A stretch of DNA of 64,000 bases, from positions 22,988,225 to 23,052,224 of the forward strand of contig CM120640.1 of the NCBI GenBank assembly GCA_051362555.1, in the 5' to 3' direction. Below are positions 50,701 through 62,101 of the stretch, in pieces (the first letter of the stretch is position 1; each line of letters begins with the position of its first letter). Both the position numbers and the translations under genes were made by a program. The notes under the pieces were generated by a model. It was given only the letters and a program-made list of their open reading frames with translations. It was not told the DNA's origin and did no database searches. The DNA is from Lingula anatina (Eukaryota > Animalia > Brachiopoda).

Positions 50701-53700
50701 CCAGTATATGACTTCCTATTCAACTTCAATAGTAACTATGGACCTATCTCTGCCAGTTTTGGAGATAAAAGGGAAGCAAAATTTGCAAAGTTCAGTTCAT
50801 GGTGAAAAGTAGGTCAAAGGTCAATGTCAAGGTCACAGTAAGATTGCCAGTATATGACTTCCTATTCAACTTCAATAGTAACTATGGACCTATCTCTGCC
50901 AGTTTTGGAGATATAAGGGACTAAATGTTATAATTTTGGAGTTACCATAATGTGCCATAAATTTCCTACAGAAAAAATTAATTAAAATAAAGAAAAGGTC
51001 ATTTTGGTCAAAGTTCTTGAAATGGGAGGTTCTCTGAAGTTGCAGAAGTTTAAATTTGATAAAATAATGTCATTTTTGACCACAAGTTGTCTGCTTTGCC
51101 AAGCATTATGTTTTATTTTTCCGGAGTTCAAAATTTATTATCCATTACCGTACTGCACATTTTTACGGAAGCCGACTGGTGCCATATGTTGAAAAAAAAA
51201 ATTATCTCGAAATTTCGAGATAGCATTTTTTTTGTTCAAATTTCAAAATACTATCTCGAAATTTCGAGATAAATTTTTTTGCTCAAATATCAAAATGCTA
51301 TCTCGAAATTTCGAGATAATTTTTTTTTTGTTCAAATTTCAAAATGCTATCTCGAAATTTCGAGATAAAAATTTTTTTTTGTTCAAATTTCAAAATAGTA
51401 TCTCGAAATTTCGAGATAATTTTTTTTTCTACATATGGCACCAGTCGGCTTCCGTACATTTTCCTTTCACCACCAATATGTACTTTCTGATACAGCGTAA
51501 CTCGAAAACCGTATGGAATACAAAAAAACCGAGACCACCTCCAGTGTTGGGCTTTACATGCTCTACAAAATGCAAAAAAGAATGGGTCTCTAGCATTAAC
51601 GGTTCCCGAATTAGAGACAGTTTTCAGTTTCGGTATCTTATGGCCGCTACTCCTGTGAAAATGCACCGATTGACCCCAAATTCACGGAGATGAAAGATGA
51701 CCTGAAGGGTAACACTTTCCAATAATATTATTGGTTAAGTCTGTGTGGCGTCTGAATAACAGGGCAAAAAATTTTTTTTTCGTAAAAAATTTCATTTTTT
51801 TGAAAATTTTGGCCCATTTGACCTTGAAGTAAAGGTCAAAGGTCAAATCCGAGGGTATATTTGAAATCTACACATATGACTTTTGGAAAGCCGTCTATAG
51901 AAATTTTTCCCGTAACTCCTTCTGTAGGGTAGATAATTAGCATTTAATTTTGCCATTTTTAGACAAGGGTGCATTGCAATGAGTGCCACACCCAGACCCC
52001 AATACCGACAAAGCCCAAATTTTACGTGGAACGAGTTGAGATTATAGGTGACCTAAATCCATGAGATGGGTACGGGGGCCCTTACCGTCTAGGAGGAGAA
52101 GCGGTAACGGTAACATGGCGGCGGAGCCGGCGGAACGGACCGGACGGGACCGAAACCATGTGTACCGCCAGCGCTAACGCTGGTGGTAAATTTTTTTGTT
52201 CAAATTTCAAAGTAGTATCTCGAAATTTCGAGATAATTTTTTTTTCTACATATGGCACCAGTGGGCTTCCGTACATTTTCCTTTCACCACCAATATGTAC
52301 TTTTTGATACAGCGTAACTCGAAAACCGTATGGAATACAAAAAAACCGAGACCACCTCCAGTGTTGGGCTTTACATGCTCTACAAAATGCAAAAAAGAAT
52401 GGGTCTCTAGCATTAACGGTTCCCGAATTAGAGACAGTTTTCAGTTTCGGTATCTTATGGCCGCTACTCCTGTGAAAATGCACCGATTGACCCCAAATTC
52501 ACGGAGATGAAAGATGACCTGAAGGGTAACACTTTCCAATAATATTATTGGTTAAGTCTGTGTGGTGTCTGAATAACAGGGCAAAAAATTTTTTTTTCGT
52601 AAAAAATTTCATTTTTTTGAAAATTTTGGCCCATTTGACCTTGAAGTAAAGGTCAAAGGTCAAATCCGAGGGTATATTTGAAATCTACACATATGACTTT
52701 TGGAAAGCCGTCTGTAGAAATTTTTCCCGTAACTCCTTCCGTAGGGTAGATAATTAGCATTTAATTTTGCCATTTTTGGACAAGGGTGCATTGCAATGAG
52801 TGCCACACCCAGACCCCAATACCGACAAAGCCCAAATTTTACGTGGAACGAGTTGAGATTATAGGTGACCTAAATCCATGAGATGGGTATGGGGGGCCTT
52901 ACCGTCTAGGAGGAGAAGCGGTAACGGTAGCCGTCCGGCGGAGCCGGCGGAGCCGGCGGAGCCGGCGGAACGATCCGGACGAGACCGAAACCATGTGTAC
53001 CGCCAGCGCTAACGCTGGTGGTACAATTAAATTTAATTGAAATTAAAATTAAAATTTGTCTAAACGTGCATATTACCATTCACCTTGTTTAAAGGGTTCG
53101 CAACACTTTACATTCTAATACATTTTGCCAATTTTCATGTTTGCTAGTTTATTTTGATTTGAGAGAAAGCGAGAGAAGACCCTCTACTAGGGAGAGACTG
53201 TGTAATGAAAAATCAATCTGTAACTCTGGTATAGGGTGGCCTTGTGTGTGTAATAATATACAAGTAGGGGCAGGGGTACAGTTTTATAGTACAAATAGTC
53301 ATTTTATACATCTTATTGATCTCATCGTCGGGTCATTGTTTACAATAGCGCTTTGTCGCTGTGCGTACCTTTTTGCATTTGAGTTAGACTCAGTCAGTAA
53401 CAGCTTGTGATTTTGTCTTTTTTGCGTTTCATTGACAATATTTTGGCCACCTAAGTAGGGAAATGTGGCTCTTTGTTTTGAAATGACATTTCCATTGTTC
53501 CTTTGAACATGCAAAAGTCAACACACTTACGTCAACATACTTACTTTGTAATACCAACCCAGGAGAAGAAACAAAAGCCTCATAAGGTGTCGTCATTCAC
53601 ACTGTAAAAGGTGTTAATTTCATGCTTCTATTGTTTGCCCATGAATCATTATGACAAATTTGTAGGGTTGCCAGATCACTGGCGCTTCATTCAATTCTCT

Positions 53701-56700
53701 ATATCTGCCCTGCAGCCTGGGATGAGTGATATTACTTGACTGACCTTTGTTTACATCTGGAGATTTTCTTTTTAATTCGATCAGTGTGCAGATACAGATA
53801 CATAATAACATAAGATTAATACTAAAATTTTCCCTGATACAAAAACCCCTATTTGAGCGCTTATTCCTGACTGCGTTAATTACGGGTGATTAGAAAGTAA
53901 TCTATGAGGACGCAGGAGCGATGATCGCTACTCTTACCAACGGTAAATCACCGATTTACTTGACTCCGCTACTTCGAGCAAAATCACACACCACCAAAAG
54001 ACAAATTAGACCACGTTCGTCCTCTTATTAAAACAAAGAATGTAAAAATGTGATGTCGGTCAAAGAAGAGGCCTAGACTACGTGCTTCATGGTTTATTAG
54101 ATAGGCCTATTCATTGGATTTTTTTATTTCATTATTATAGCTTCACCTCGCGAGACCCTTTTTTATATATTTAAAACACAGCACCCCACTGGTTTCGCAA
54201 TCATGAAGAAAGGGAGTGTAGCAAAGAACCTCATTAATGGTCGTAATAATAGGTGGTTGCATTGTAGGCCTAACCTTGTTCATTTTAGTCGACAGACTAA
54301 GCTAGAAGAAAGAAAAGATCATTATCGCCTCTCTTTACTTAGGAACAATAAGGATGGCTAGTGGCAGCATTTATAAGTTCTTTTATTTAGAAACTTTCCG
54401 ATCCTTTGTCTGGGACTGCGTCCGAGAAACGGCGATAACGACAGAGACGTCCTCGAACATTTTGGACTCAGTGCAAATAAAAAAAAAAATCCGTTAAGAA
54501 GTAGCCTTTAAATGTCCTGGCAAATAATTTTGCGATGGCTCAGAGAGTTCTAGAATGAATGACAAGCAACGACATTAGGGTTAATAATAGACTAAAAACT
54601 ATCAGAGTGTAGGCCTGTCTTACTTCATTTCTAAGGCCATCTTGTGATACGAGTCATGCTACACTACAAAAGAGGGGGTAGCAGTGGATGATTTAATACA
54701 GGGATACCATCGATAGTATATCAATAGAAAATCGCAATCCTCAAATGTTTTTTAATTCATTAAATATAAACGGTCTTTTCTCGTACAATGGGTCTCGTAT
54801 AGTTGTATTGGCCTATCAGTTGGAAACACGTGGTTCGTCTACAATTGCAAATGGCCTTGTGCCGTGGTAGTTATTGTCGTAAAATTAGCTGGATACGGTG
54901 CACGTGAGAAAATTATTCATTAAATTTAGTTTTCGAGCGTCAGCTTAATCTGGTAAAATGCGAGACGAAAAAAATGATAGATAGAGCCTTATGACCCACT
55001 GTAGAATGATGCCAAATAATACATCAACGACGTAGTTTATCGGCAGATAAACGTGTTTCCATTCTCGGCTGACTGAGGAAAGGTTTGAGAGAGCATTTAA
55101 AGAAGAGGCGGTCGAACCAATAGTGAGTAGGAAGTGTGCTGCAATCAAGACGAACAATACCGATCATAAGTGGACAGCTAATAACCCCTAATTAACCCCG
55201 GGTTACGCGCTGCTGTGTTGACTCCTTGCTGGGAAGGGGTAGCGGCCTCCTACTGCTGTGCGTAATCAAACATTGTCTTCTAACATGCGGCTACACGATG
55301 GTTGCATTGTATTAATAAAGTAATACCTATTCATAAGGAAGGGGGCGGATGGTAATCTTACGAGAATTAAATCAGTTATCGATCATACGCGTACCAATAG
55401 TCGTGTTTTTTTTTAGCTATACGGTATGAACTTACTTTTTGACCTCCCTTCCTTTTAATGAGCATTTGCATAATGTTACTGGATATTAAAGTCCAAACAC
55501 AATACAAGCTTCAATAAAGCAATGGTTGACCATTATCATTATTATTTTTTTACGTCTTTAGTAAATAAACAGTAAACATTATTTTTTAAAAACCTAATTT
55601 GTGTTCCCTAACTTCCCTTGAGTAGTATAATTACAATACTCCTGTAATTTGCAACAATGCCCCAAGCGTCCTACACCATTTCCATTTGAATTATGCAACA
55701 GCCTACAGTCAATAATTTGCTTGCAACCCAACACAAACACTAACTTATACAGTATGACCTACTCTGTTTATTCTTTGCATACAATAGAATGCAAAGACAT
55801 GGAAAAAATGACCCACCTCCATTCACACTGATAAAAAGGGACTCGGGTAAACTATTGTGTGGTACAGTATACACTGAAAAGTACTACTGAGCTAGGCTAT
55901 ATAATAAGTGAAATGGCATGGCAGGACAGTAAGTACTGGGTAGCTAGGGCATAAAATATACTTTCGTCAGTTAGATTGGGTATAAATTTTGTATTTAACA
56001 ATCAATGCAATTTCTGGGTGGACTCTAGCATGATAGTGACTTAAACTTTATAGCTGGAACTTTTAGCCATATCAAAGTCTTGACATTAACACACTGTATT
56101 GTAATCTTTACTTTAGCCTAGCAAACCCAGCAGGTAGACTTAATAGTATTAAGTACTTTTTAGGCCTGAAAATATTGATTAAGCCAAAAGAACAAAAACG
56201 TAAGCCAAAATTATGTAAGCCATTAAGGTGCGCAGTAAAACGCAAAGCCAAAATATGTTCTCAACATCTTGGCTTCTTTGCAACTCCACAATGGAAATTG
56301 ATTCACTATTTGTTTGGCTAATATATATTGATGCAATTTTTTCAGGTCTAATCATACTTGTGTTTGTCCTTTATTGATGCTTTCAAGTGTGTGAACAAGG
56401 AGACATTAATGGGGAAAATTATCAATCATTCAGATATTTAATTTTGGCATCACTGAAATACATTTTAGTATACGTAGTATTTGTGGTGCATATAATATAT
56501 AGAACAGAACTATATATGCAGCCAGCTTCGCCATTTTGCCACTGCACCTAACAGAAATGTTCTAAATGTTCTAAGTTATTGACAATACAGTATCTGTAAT
56601 ATTCGCAATTTTCCCCACTGAGGACATCAAGCCATTAAGTATAATCAGTTCCTAAAATTATCTTTTTTTTTTTTAAAGCAGATAAAAAGACCTGGAGATA

Positions 56701-59620
56701 CTGGCTGCAAGTAAGCGGCCAACTTCACCGGGAGTAAAATGCTGAGATCACAGAATGCGATTCTAATTGGGACGTTTTGCATTGGATTGTTGCTCAGTAT
56801 GCTGATTGTGGTGTACAACATAGACATGACAAACTACAACCACAGGATACAATTCTCTCAAGTGTTCAACATAGACCTCGTATTCCAAACTAACCGCCCT
56901 GTGGTGGCTAGCATCAGAGAAGACATCAAACCACACAACACTATGATGCCAAGAATCAACATTGCCATTGGACTTGGCATAACAACAAACAAAATTCCCA
57001 TGGATAAAATCAACAGTGCTTTGCCTTTATTTACAACACTTCTCCCTAGTTTCTGTGAGACTGCCAGCTTAGGATACAGGTACCATTTCTATCTTGCCCA
57101 CGATCATACGGATGCTTTCTTCAGTAAGGAAGGGTCTCACAAGAATTTCACTGTATCATTTTACACACTAGTCAAGACCCACTGTCATCCATCTCTACCT
57201 GTGCTCCTACACTTTGTAAACTGTGGACATTCTGGGAAACCAGCATGGGCACAGAACGACGCCATGATGGCAGCTTACAATGACTCCATGGATTACTACT
57301 ACAGGGTGAATGATGACACTAAAATGAAATCCAAAAATTGGACCGAGGTATTTATCAGAGCGCTATCCCAATTTAACCCTCCCAATGTAGGGGTTGTTGG
57401 ACCGAATCATCAGGGGGGAAATATGGCTATCCTGACATATGACTTCGTCCATAAGACCCACGTGGACATCTTTGGCTTTTATTATCCGAGGAATTTTACA
57501 ACCTGGTATGCTGACGACTGGATCACCAAAGTTTATCAGCCTGACAAATCACGCAAAATGAATGAGATAATTGTGCTTCATACCATGTCTGTTGGTACGA
57601 GGTATAACATTGCTTCTATAGGAGGACAGATACTTGAAAAGCAGTTAGAAAGAGATAAGAAAACACTGCAGGCTTGGCTGACAAAACACAGTTCTACAAG
57701 GGCAAGGTGACCAAGGTTACTAAGCCTACCAATTGGTGCTTTGGGATATATTTTTGTAGCATATTAATCAAATTAAGCCAATTCAAGACCATGGTCTTCT
57801 AAAACATTCCAAACTGAAACTACATTCCTTTTATTCTTAATTATAATCTTGTGTTATTTATACTTATGAAATTAATGAAATTAAGGTAATGGCACTTTAC
57901 TGATTTCATTTAGGGCATGCACCTTGGTTATAAGTTGTTAGTTGCCAAAAAGCTATATACTGTCATGATCGAGTCAGAAGTATTAAGAGTATGGTAATTA
58001 CTCAATCTTTTCAATGGGCAAAAATAATCAAACTTTCAAATACATAATTTCATAATTACAAAAATTATATTTCTATATATCACTTTTGGTTTGTGGTTTT
58101 TACTGCATGGTATAGAAGTATAGAGTAGCCTGCCTTTTAATTTTGTTGCTACCACTCAATAGGAATGTTCTATTTATGAGAAATTATGATCTGAAAGATG
58201 CAGTATCTATAAAATTTACAATTTTCTCACATTGAAAAGGTAGAATAATTGCGTACTGATTGTCAAGTGTCAATTATACTGCTTTATCTCATTTGTGAGC
58301 TGAAGAACTTGTGCCATGTAGACTGCATTATATGCAATGCCTGAAAAGAGACCAATAAAGTGACAAGCATTTCCTTGGCAACCTATATTTGGTTTGACAA
58401 TTTCCTCCAGATTTGAAAAAAGAAGGCTTTAGCAAGTAAAACCTCAGGGGGGAAACCAGTGAAACTGGGCTTGTAATCTGTCATATGCATGTTTTGCCTA
58501 ACCAGCAGTTGTAAACAACTTTTTTCAATGCATTATTCCTTGTAGAATTTATACTTTGTGGTTAATATCACTACTTATTATTATATTGAAATAAGAAAGC
58601 ATTAATTTTTTTATTTTAGATCTAAGGTGACCCAAGTAACAAATACATAGTAAATAAAGTATTAATAGTAACAGTGCACACAGATGAAGTCAGACAGCAC
58701 AGTAAGTCAGACAGTGATTGAGTACGTTTTGTTTGAACACTCAAATAAAAAAAGAAAAAAAAAAGTTATCCACTTTACACATCCTATCCAAGTTTTTGAT
58801 ATCATAAATTATACATAAGAAGCATATAATCGTTTTTTTCCCTAAGTAAAATTTTCCATCTGGTAGTTTCTATGGGTGGTTGGAATTACATATTTCAAGT
58901 GTATGAAATTTATCATCTTGATACCTGTATATTAGCTCTCTATTGCTTAGATTTAACATAAATTTGCACAGCACAAATTTGCATTTTTTTGCAAAATGTT
59001 GAAGTTCAGCAGTCCAGGATGTATCAACATTTCACCCCTCCACCCTCACATGTGACACAATCATATACCTTTATATTTTATTGTTATGTGTACAATATTT
59101 ATTTATTGAAATATAATTGGCCAAGCACTGCCAATAAGATGAACTTGAAATGATACATCAGAAAACTAGGCTATGTTTCACTTTTAATTCACTTAATGTT
59201 TCTGTCTTCATCAGCAAATATATTCAACTTGCTTAAAGCCAAATTGTCAGTTGAATCACAAATTTCAAGTACTTAAAATGCCCCATTCCCCCATAAAAAA
59301 CAAGTGAAACAAGTTATCAACAAACAAGGATGGACCACTAAGCTAAATTGTCCTTTTTTTTGTACCTTTCACCAACAGTATTATCCCTTCTAGCAGTGTT
59401 ATCACTCACTGAGTTTTGAGGACAACCTGCCTGTAACAAATCTAATATATTGCATTTTCAGTCATATAGTATCAGACCAAATACCGCTTGCAAAGGAAAT
59501 TAAAAAAAAAAAGTTTCAGGTGCTCAGCATTTAGCCTTAAGATTTAAATATGTCAACATGCATTGATAAGTCTGCTGGGATGAACTGTGCCTGTTGTAAC
59601 AATCAGTGGTGCCATGATAT

Positions 59621-59671
<51 letters not shown>

Positions 59672-60323
59672 TGTTATCTTAATTTCAGTGAGCTATTTAA
59701 TTTGATTTACTTAAAGTAATCTAAGAACCCTGTTTCTTTAATGAATGAGAGAATAAATAAAAGTTATAATGTGAAGACTGGTTTTATGTATGTATTACTA
59801 ATAGAACTCAAAATACCAGGATGTTTTTTGTTAGGACCTTTTTCTTAGTTGGCTTGAAACTAAATTTTAGAAAGGATGTTTCTTACACTTGCTTTATTCA
59901 TCACAAAATAGATACCTATGGGTGTATCCAAACACAAAGGGTGTGTTCACAATGAATCTATTGTACTAACTACTGTGCATTAACTCCACAGAGACTCTCG
60001 CTTAGTGCAATCATATTAACATGGTGTGGAGTTAGTGTGCTGTGGGTAGTAAGATAGATTCATTGTGAACCTGAATGCACCCAAACTTACCCATACCCAT
60101 GTGTGTGTGTGTGTGTGTGTATGTGTGTGTGTGTGGGGGGGGGGGGGGGGCAAAAATACACTTAAAGCACAGATAAAAAATGACAACCATAAAATTGCAA
60201 TAAATAAATAAATAAATAAATAAATAAAAGCACATCAACCCACCTTTTCATATCTTCTATTTCTTTACTTATCATATCTAGTTCTTTCACTGCAGAGTAA
60301 TCCCCTATGTAGCTCTTGCTGTC
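37061..60323 (-). CDS. EPS15: Epidermal growth factor receptor substrate 15 (EPS15/EPS15L1 orthologue), 3' portion: coiled coil, DPF repeats, UIMs
   Basis: Exons: 60323-60244 (DYSAVKELDMISKEIEDMKR); 44738-44567, 42174-42064, 41927-41778 and 41369-41202 (coiled coil); 40959-40761, 40180-40092, 39118-39049, 38852-38796, 38619-38552 and 38323-38012 (DPF repeats, PALPPK); 37213-37061 (SEDAQLAWA..ES, EQEQADLELAIKLSK, stop). Phases are consistent. The EH-domain exons were not found and are inferred to lie beyond the window. Confidence 0.93.
39115..39592. repeat. ~240-bp intronic tandem duplication including an EPS15 splice acceptor
   Basis: cattctgtaacaggaa...tataacttacattcattaaatttcaata...gggtagggattgaaa...aaaatcacttg occurs at ~39115-39350 and ~39356-39590. 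Confidence 0.85.
42410..42615. mobile_element. Degenerate MITE-like repeat, family copy B
   Basis: ggatcgacctaactccctgggggttcac...tagtgagactcccc...gatagatcgatc is the inverted counterpart of 2490-2715. Confidence 0.65.
43640..44185. mobile_element. PIF/Harbinger-type MITE
   Basis: ~165-bp TIRs (GAGCGCATTCTCAACGAATTAAGCC...GGCTTAATTCGTTGAGAATGCGCTC) flanked by a 3-bp TTA duplication. Confidence 0.88.
46978..47675. repeat. ~360-bp tandem duplication
   Basis: ttcttaattctgtattt...ggctaaattaaatagattt...gaactgctgggatgaatatacattacact occurs at ~46978-47310 and ~47339-47675. Confidence 0.9.
47741..47782. repeat. Poly-C tract (42 nt)
   Basis: Homopolymer run. Confidence 0.9.
49200..50920. repeat. 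145-146-bp satellite array, about 12 units
   Basis: AGGTCAAAGGTCA starts at 49207, 49352, 49498, 49644, 49790, 49936, 50082, 50227, 50373, 50519, 50665 and 50811. Confidence 0.97.
51164..51456. mobile_element. IS3EU-like MITE nested in the Helentron
   Basis: TIRs TACGGAAGCCGACTGGTGCCATATG / CATATGGCACCAGTCGGCTTCCGTA with a 6-bp duplication CATTTT. Five internal palindromes TATCTCGAAATTTCGAGATA. Confidence 0.85.
51370..53023. repeat. ~820-bp direct duplication of the Helentron 5' end
   Basis: Near-identical copies at ~51370-52188 and 52189-53023; explains the duplicated ORFs in the track. Confidence 0.92.
56739..57710 (+). CDS. Type II membrane GT-A-fold glycosyltransferase-like protein (323 aa), nested antisense in an EPS15 intron
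   Basis: Single coding exon after the acceptor ttttaaagcag (~56681). N-terminal TM helix ILIGTFCIGLLLSMLIVVY. Motifs YHFYLAHDHTD, YYYRVNDD (DxD-like), NVGVVGP, DFVHKTH..IFG and WYADDWIT. Confidence 0.8.
   Translation: MLRSQNAILIGTFCIGLLLSMLIVVYNIDMTNYNHRIQFSQVFNIDLVFQTNRPVVASIREDIKPHNTMMPRINIAIGLGITTNKIPMDKINSALPLFTTLLPSFCETASLGYRYHFYLAHDHTDAFFSKEGSHKNFTVSFYTLVKTHCHPSLPVLLHFVNCGHSGKPAWAQNDAMMAAYNDSMDYYYRVNDDTKMKSKNWTEVFIRALSQFNPPNVGVVGPNHQGGNMAILTYDFVHKTHVDIFGFYYPRNFTTWYADDWITKVYQPDKSRKMNEIIVLHTMSVGTRYNIASIGGQILEKQLERDKKTLQAWLTKHSSTRAR
59617..59672. repeat. (ATTT)n microsatellite
   Basis: About 13 attt units. Confidence 0.9.
59915..60100. mobile_element. Degenerate hairpin or MITE relic
   Basis: Inverted pairs gttcacaatgaatcta / tagattcattgtgaac and taactccac / gtggagtta. 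Confidence 0.5.
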
Positions 60324-60853
60324 CTGCAACCAAAACACAGAAAATATATTTTAAAAAACACATCATCAATGACCTGTCAAAAGCACTCTTTCTTCTGGGA
60401 TGCACAAATCTTTCTACTGAAATAAGTGAAAATTTGATATCAGAATCAAGAGTCACATAAACTTATGACATCCAATTCCTAAATTATTTCCCAATGTCTT
60501 TTTTTCACATGTCAAATTCAAAAATTCAGCTCATTTTGTAGTTTATATTTCTAACACTACTTGAAGTATTCATTTGTCCTTTTTTCTCAATTATAAGCAA
60601 TTTTTTCATAATTCATATGATTTGTAATTACTAAACTATCACGTACCATCATCAAAACATCAAAGATCTAAAACATGCCTAGTAAGCTTTTTGTTTTAAA
60701 GTCTATCAATATATCATTCAAACAGCCATGCAAAGCAAAGTGTATCACTCTCATTTTCATGATATTGCATACCAAAAGATGTCATGCATAAAAAAATTCT
60801 TCATACTAGCAAAGTTCACATTCTCACATCACTAGTTTCAAGTTGATTATTTA

Positions 60854-60854
<1 letters not shown>

Positions 60855-60903
<49 letters not shown>
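60855..60903. repeat. Poly-A tract (~49 nt)
   Basis: Homopolymer run. Confidence 0.9.
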
Positions 60904-60905
<2 letters not shown>

Positions 60906-61975
60906 ATCATGCACTGTGCAGTGGTACATAATGGAAAGACATATTGGCTTATATTGGCTTATATACATGTCGAGGTGACTTTAATAGTAATTGAAATTTA
61001 GCCACTAATTGCTTGAAAAGGCTGCCTGACTCAAATTTCATTTAATCTTTTAAAATTGTGCACCTTAGAGCTTATTACATTAATAAAAAAAAATACTGGA
61101 CTTTTTTTAAGTCCACATATTTTTCTCTACAACACCAAACTTTACCACACAATTACTTATAAAATTAATTTAGCTCACAAGCTTGACAGACTTGATGAAA
61201 AAAAAAAAACTGAATTGTGAACCATCAAAAACTATGGCAAATAGAGTATATAATTATATAAATTTATTTGTAATATGTACTTCACTTATTATCAGAGGTT
61301 ATCCATATCATTTCACATATAAGTAAAAAAGACAAACACTGGCATAACTGTTTATAATTTTTCCAGGTAGCAGCTCAAAACATGCATATGCAAACACATA
61401 ACTAAGACAGTAACAATTTCAATAAAACTGTCAAAAAAAAATCAATAACATTTGAATCCTGATGACCTCTTTTTGTGGTTTGCTACTATTGGTGAAATAA
61501 AAAATAACTTTCAATTTGAAAAGTTTGATAGATCTCACTCGTTCTTCATTTCTTTTCTCATACCGAAACTCATCAGGATTTTAAAGATAACATGCTAAAG
61601 TATCTGTAGAGGTTAGTTCTTTAAAAAATTGTAAGCTGAAAATTCAAAAATGTTTTAATAAGAGCTAAGCAAGTACCTAAACAGTTTGCTACAGCATCTT
61701 TTTTTCTGCATTACAAAATCTGTTACGTCATTTTGTAATGTTATAAGCCTATCCATTCAAATAGGAAATCACACATTTCCCATCTAAAAGACTCTGGTGC
61801 CATGTGCTAATCAAATGACTATCATGATTTGATATTACCAAGACACCAAAAAAAAAAAAAAAAAAAAAAAAGTAAAAATATAACAAAAGCAATGAAAATT
61901 TTAATATACAACAGTGAAAATACAACACAATACATATGCTGTCAGGAAATGCAGGCAATAATGGCAGAAGGTTAC

Positions 61976-62101
61976 CATGATGGGCACAGCTGTACCCTGA
62001 ATGGTATGTGATAACTGGGCACGGTGGGTGGGAGAGCCATGATATGGCTGCGTCATCTGGTACGTGGGGGACACCGACGTGACACGCTGATGTAGGTAGT
62101 A
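61976..62101 (-). CDS. Candidate in-frame cassette exon of EPS15
   Basis: Strong acceptor cctgtgtttttgttctag, 126 nt open in frame 0 (YYLHQRVTSVSPTYQMTQPYHGSPTHRAQLSHTIQGTAVPIM), donor ATG|gtaacc. The phase matches the exon starting at 60323. Confidence 0.4.

Larger units (their letters stand above)
48990..53030 (-). mobile_element. Helentron-associated non-autonomous element (HINE) carrying a satellite array
   Basis: 13-bp subterminal inverted repeats TTGTACCACCAGC (49027-49039) and GCTGGTGGTACAA (53014-53026). The 5' end has a fold-back TGTACCGCCAGC..GCTGGTGGTACA next to (CCGGCGGAG)n. The 3' end has a hairpin GAGGCG-ATAC-CGCCTC (49005-49020) and ends CTAGTT on the minus strand. Both flanks are A/T-rich. 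Confidence 0.85.

Noticed and set aside
51232-52510. Duplicated 104-153-aa ORFs on both strands
   Set aside because: They arise from MITE palindromes and the 820-bp duplication; no transposase or Rep/helicase motifs are present.
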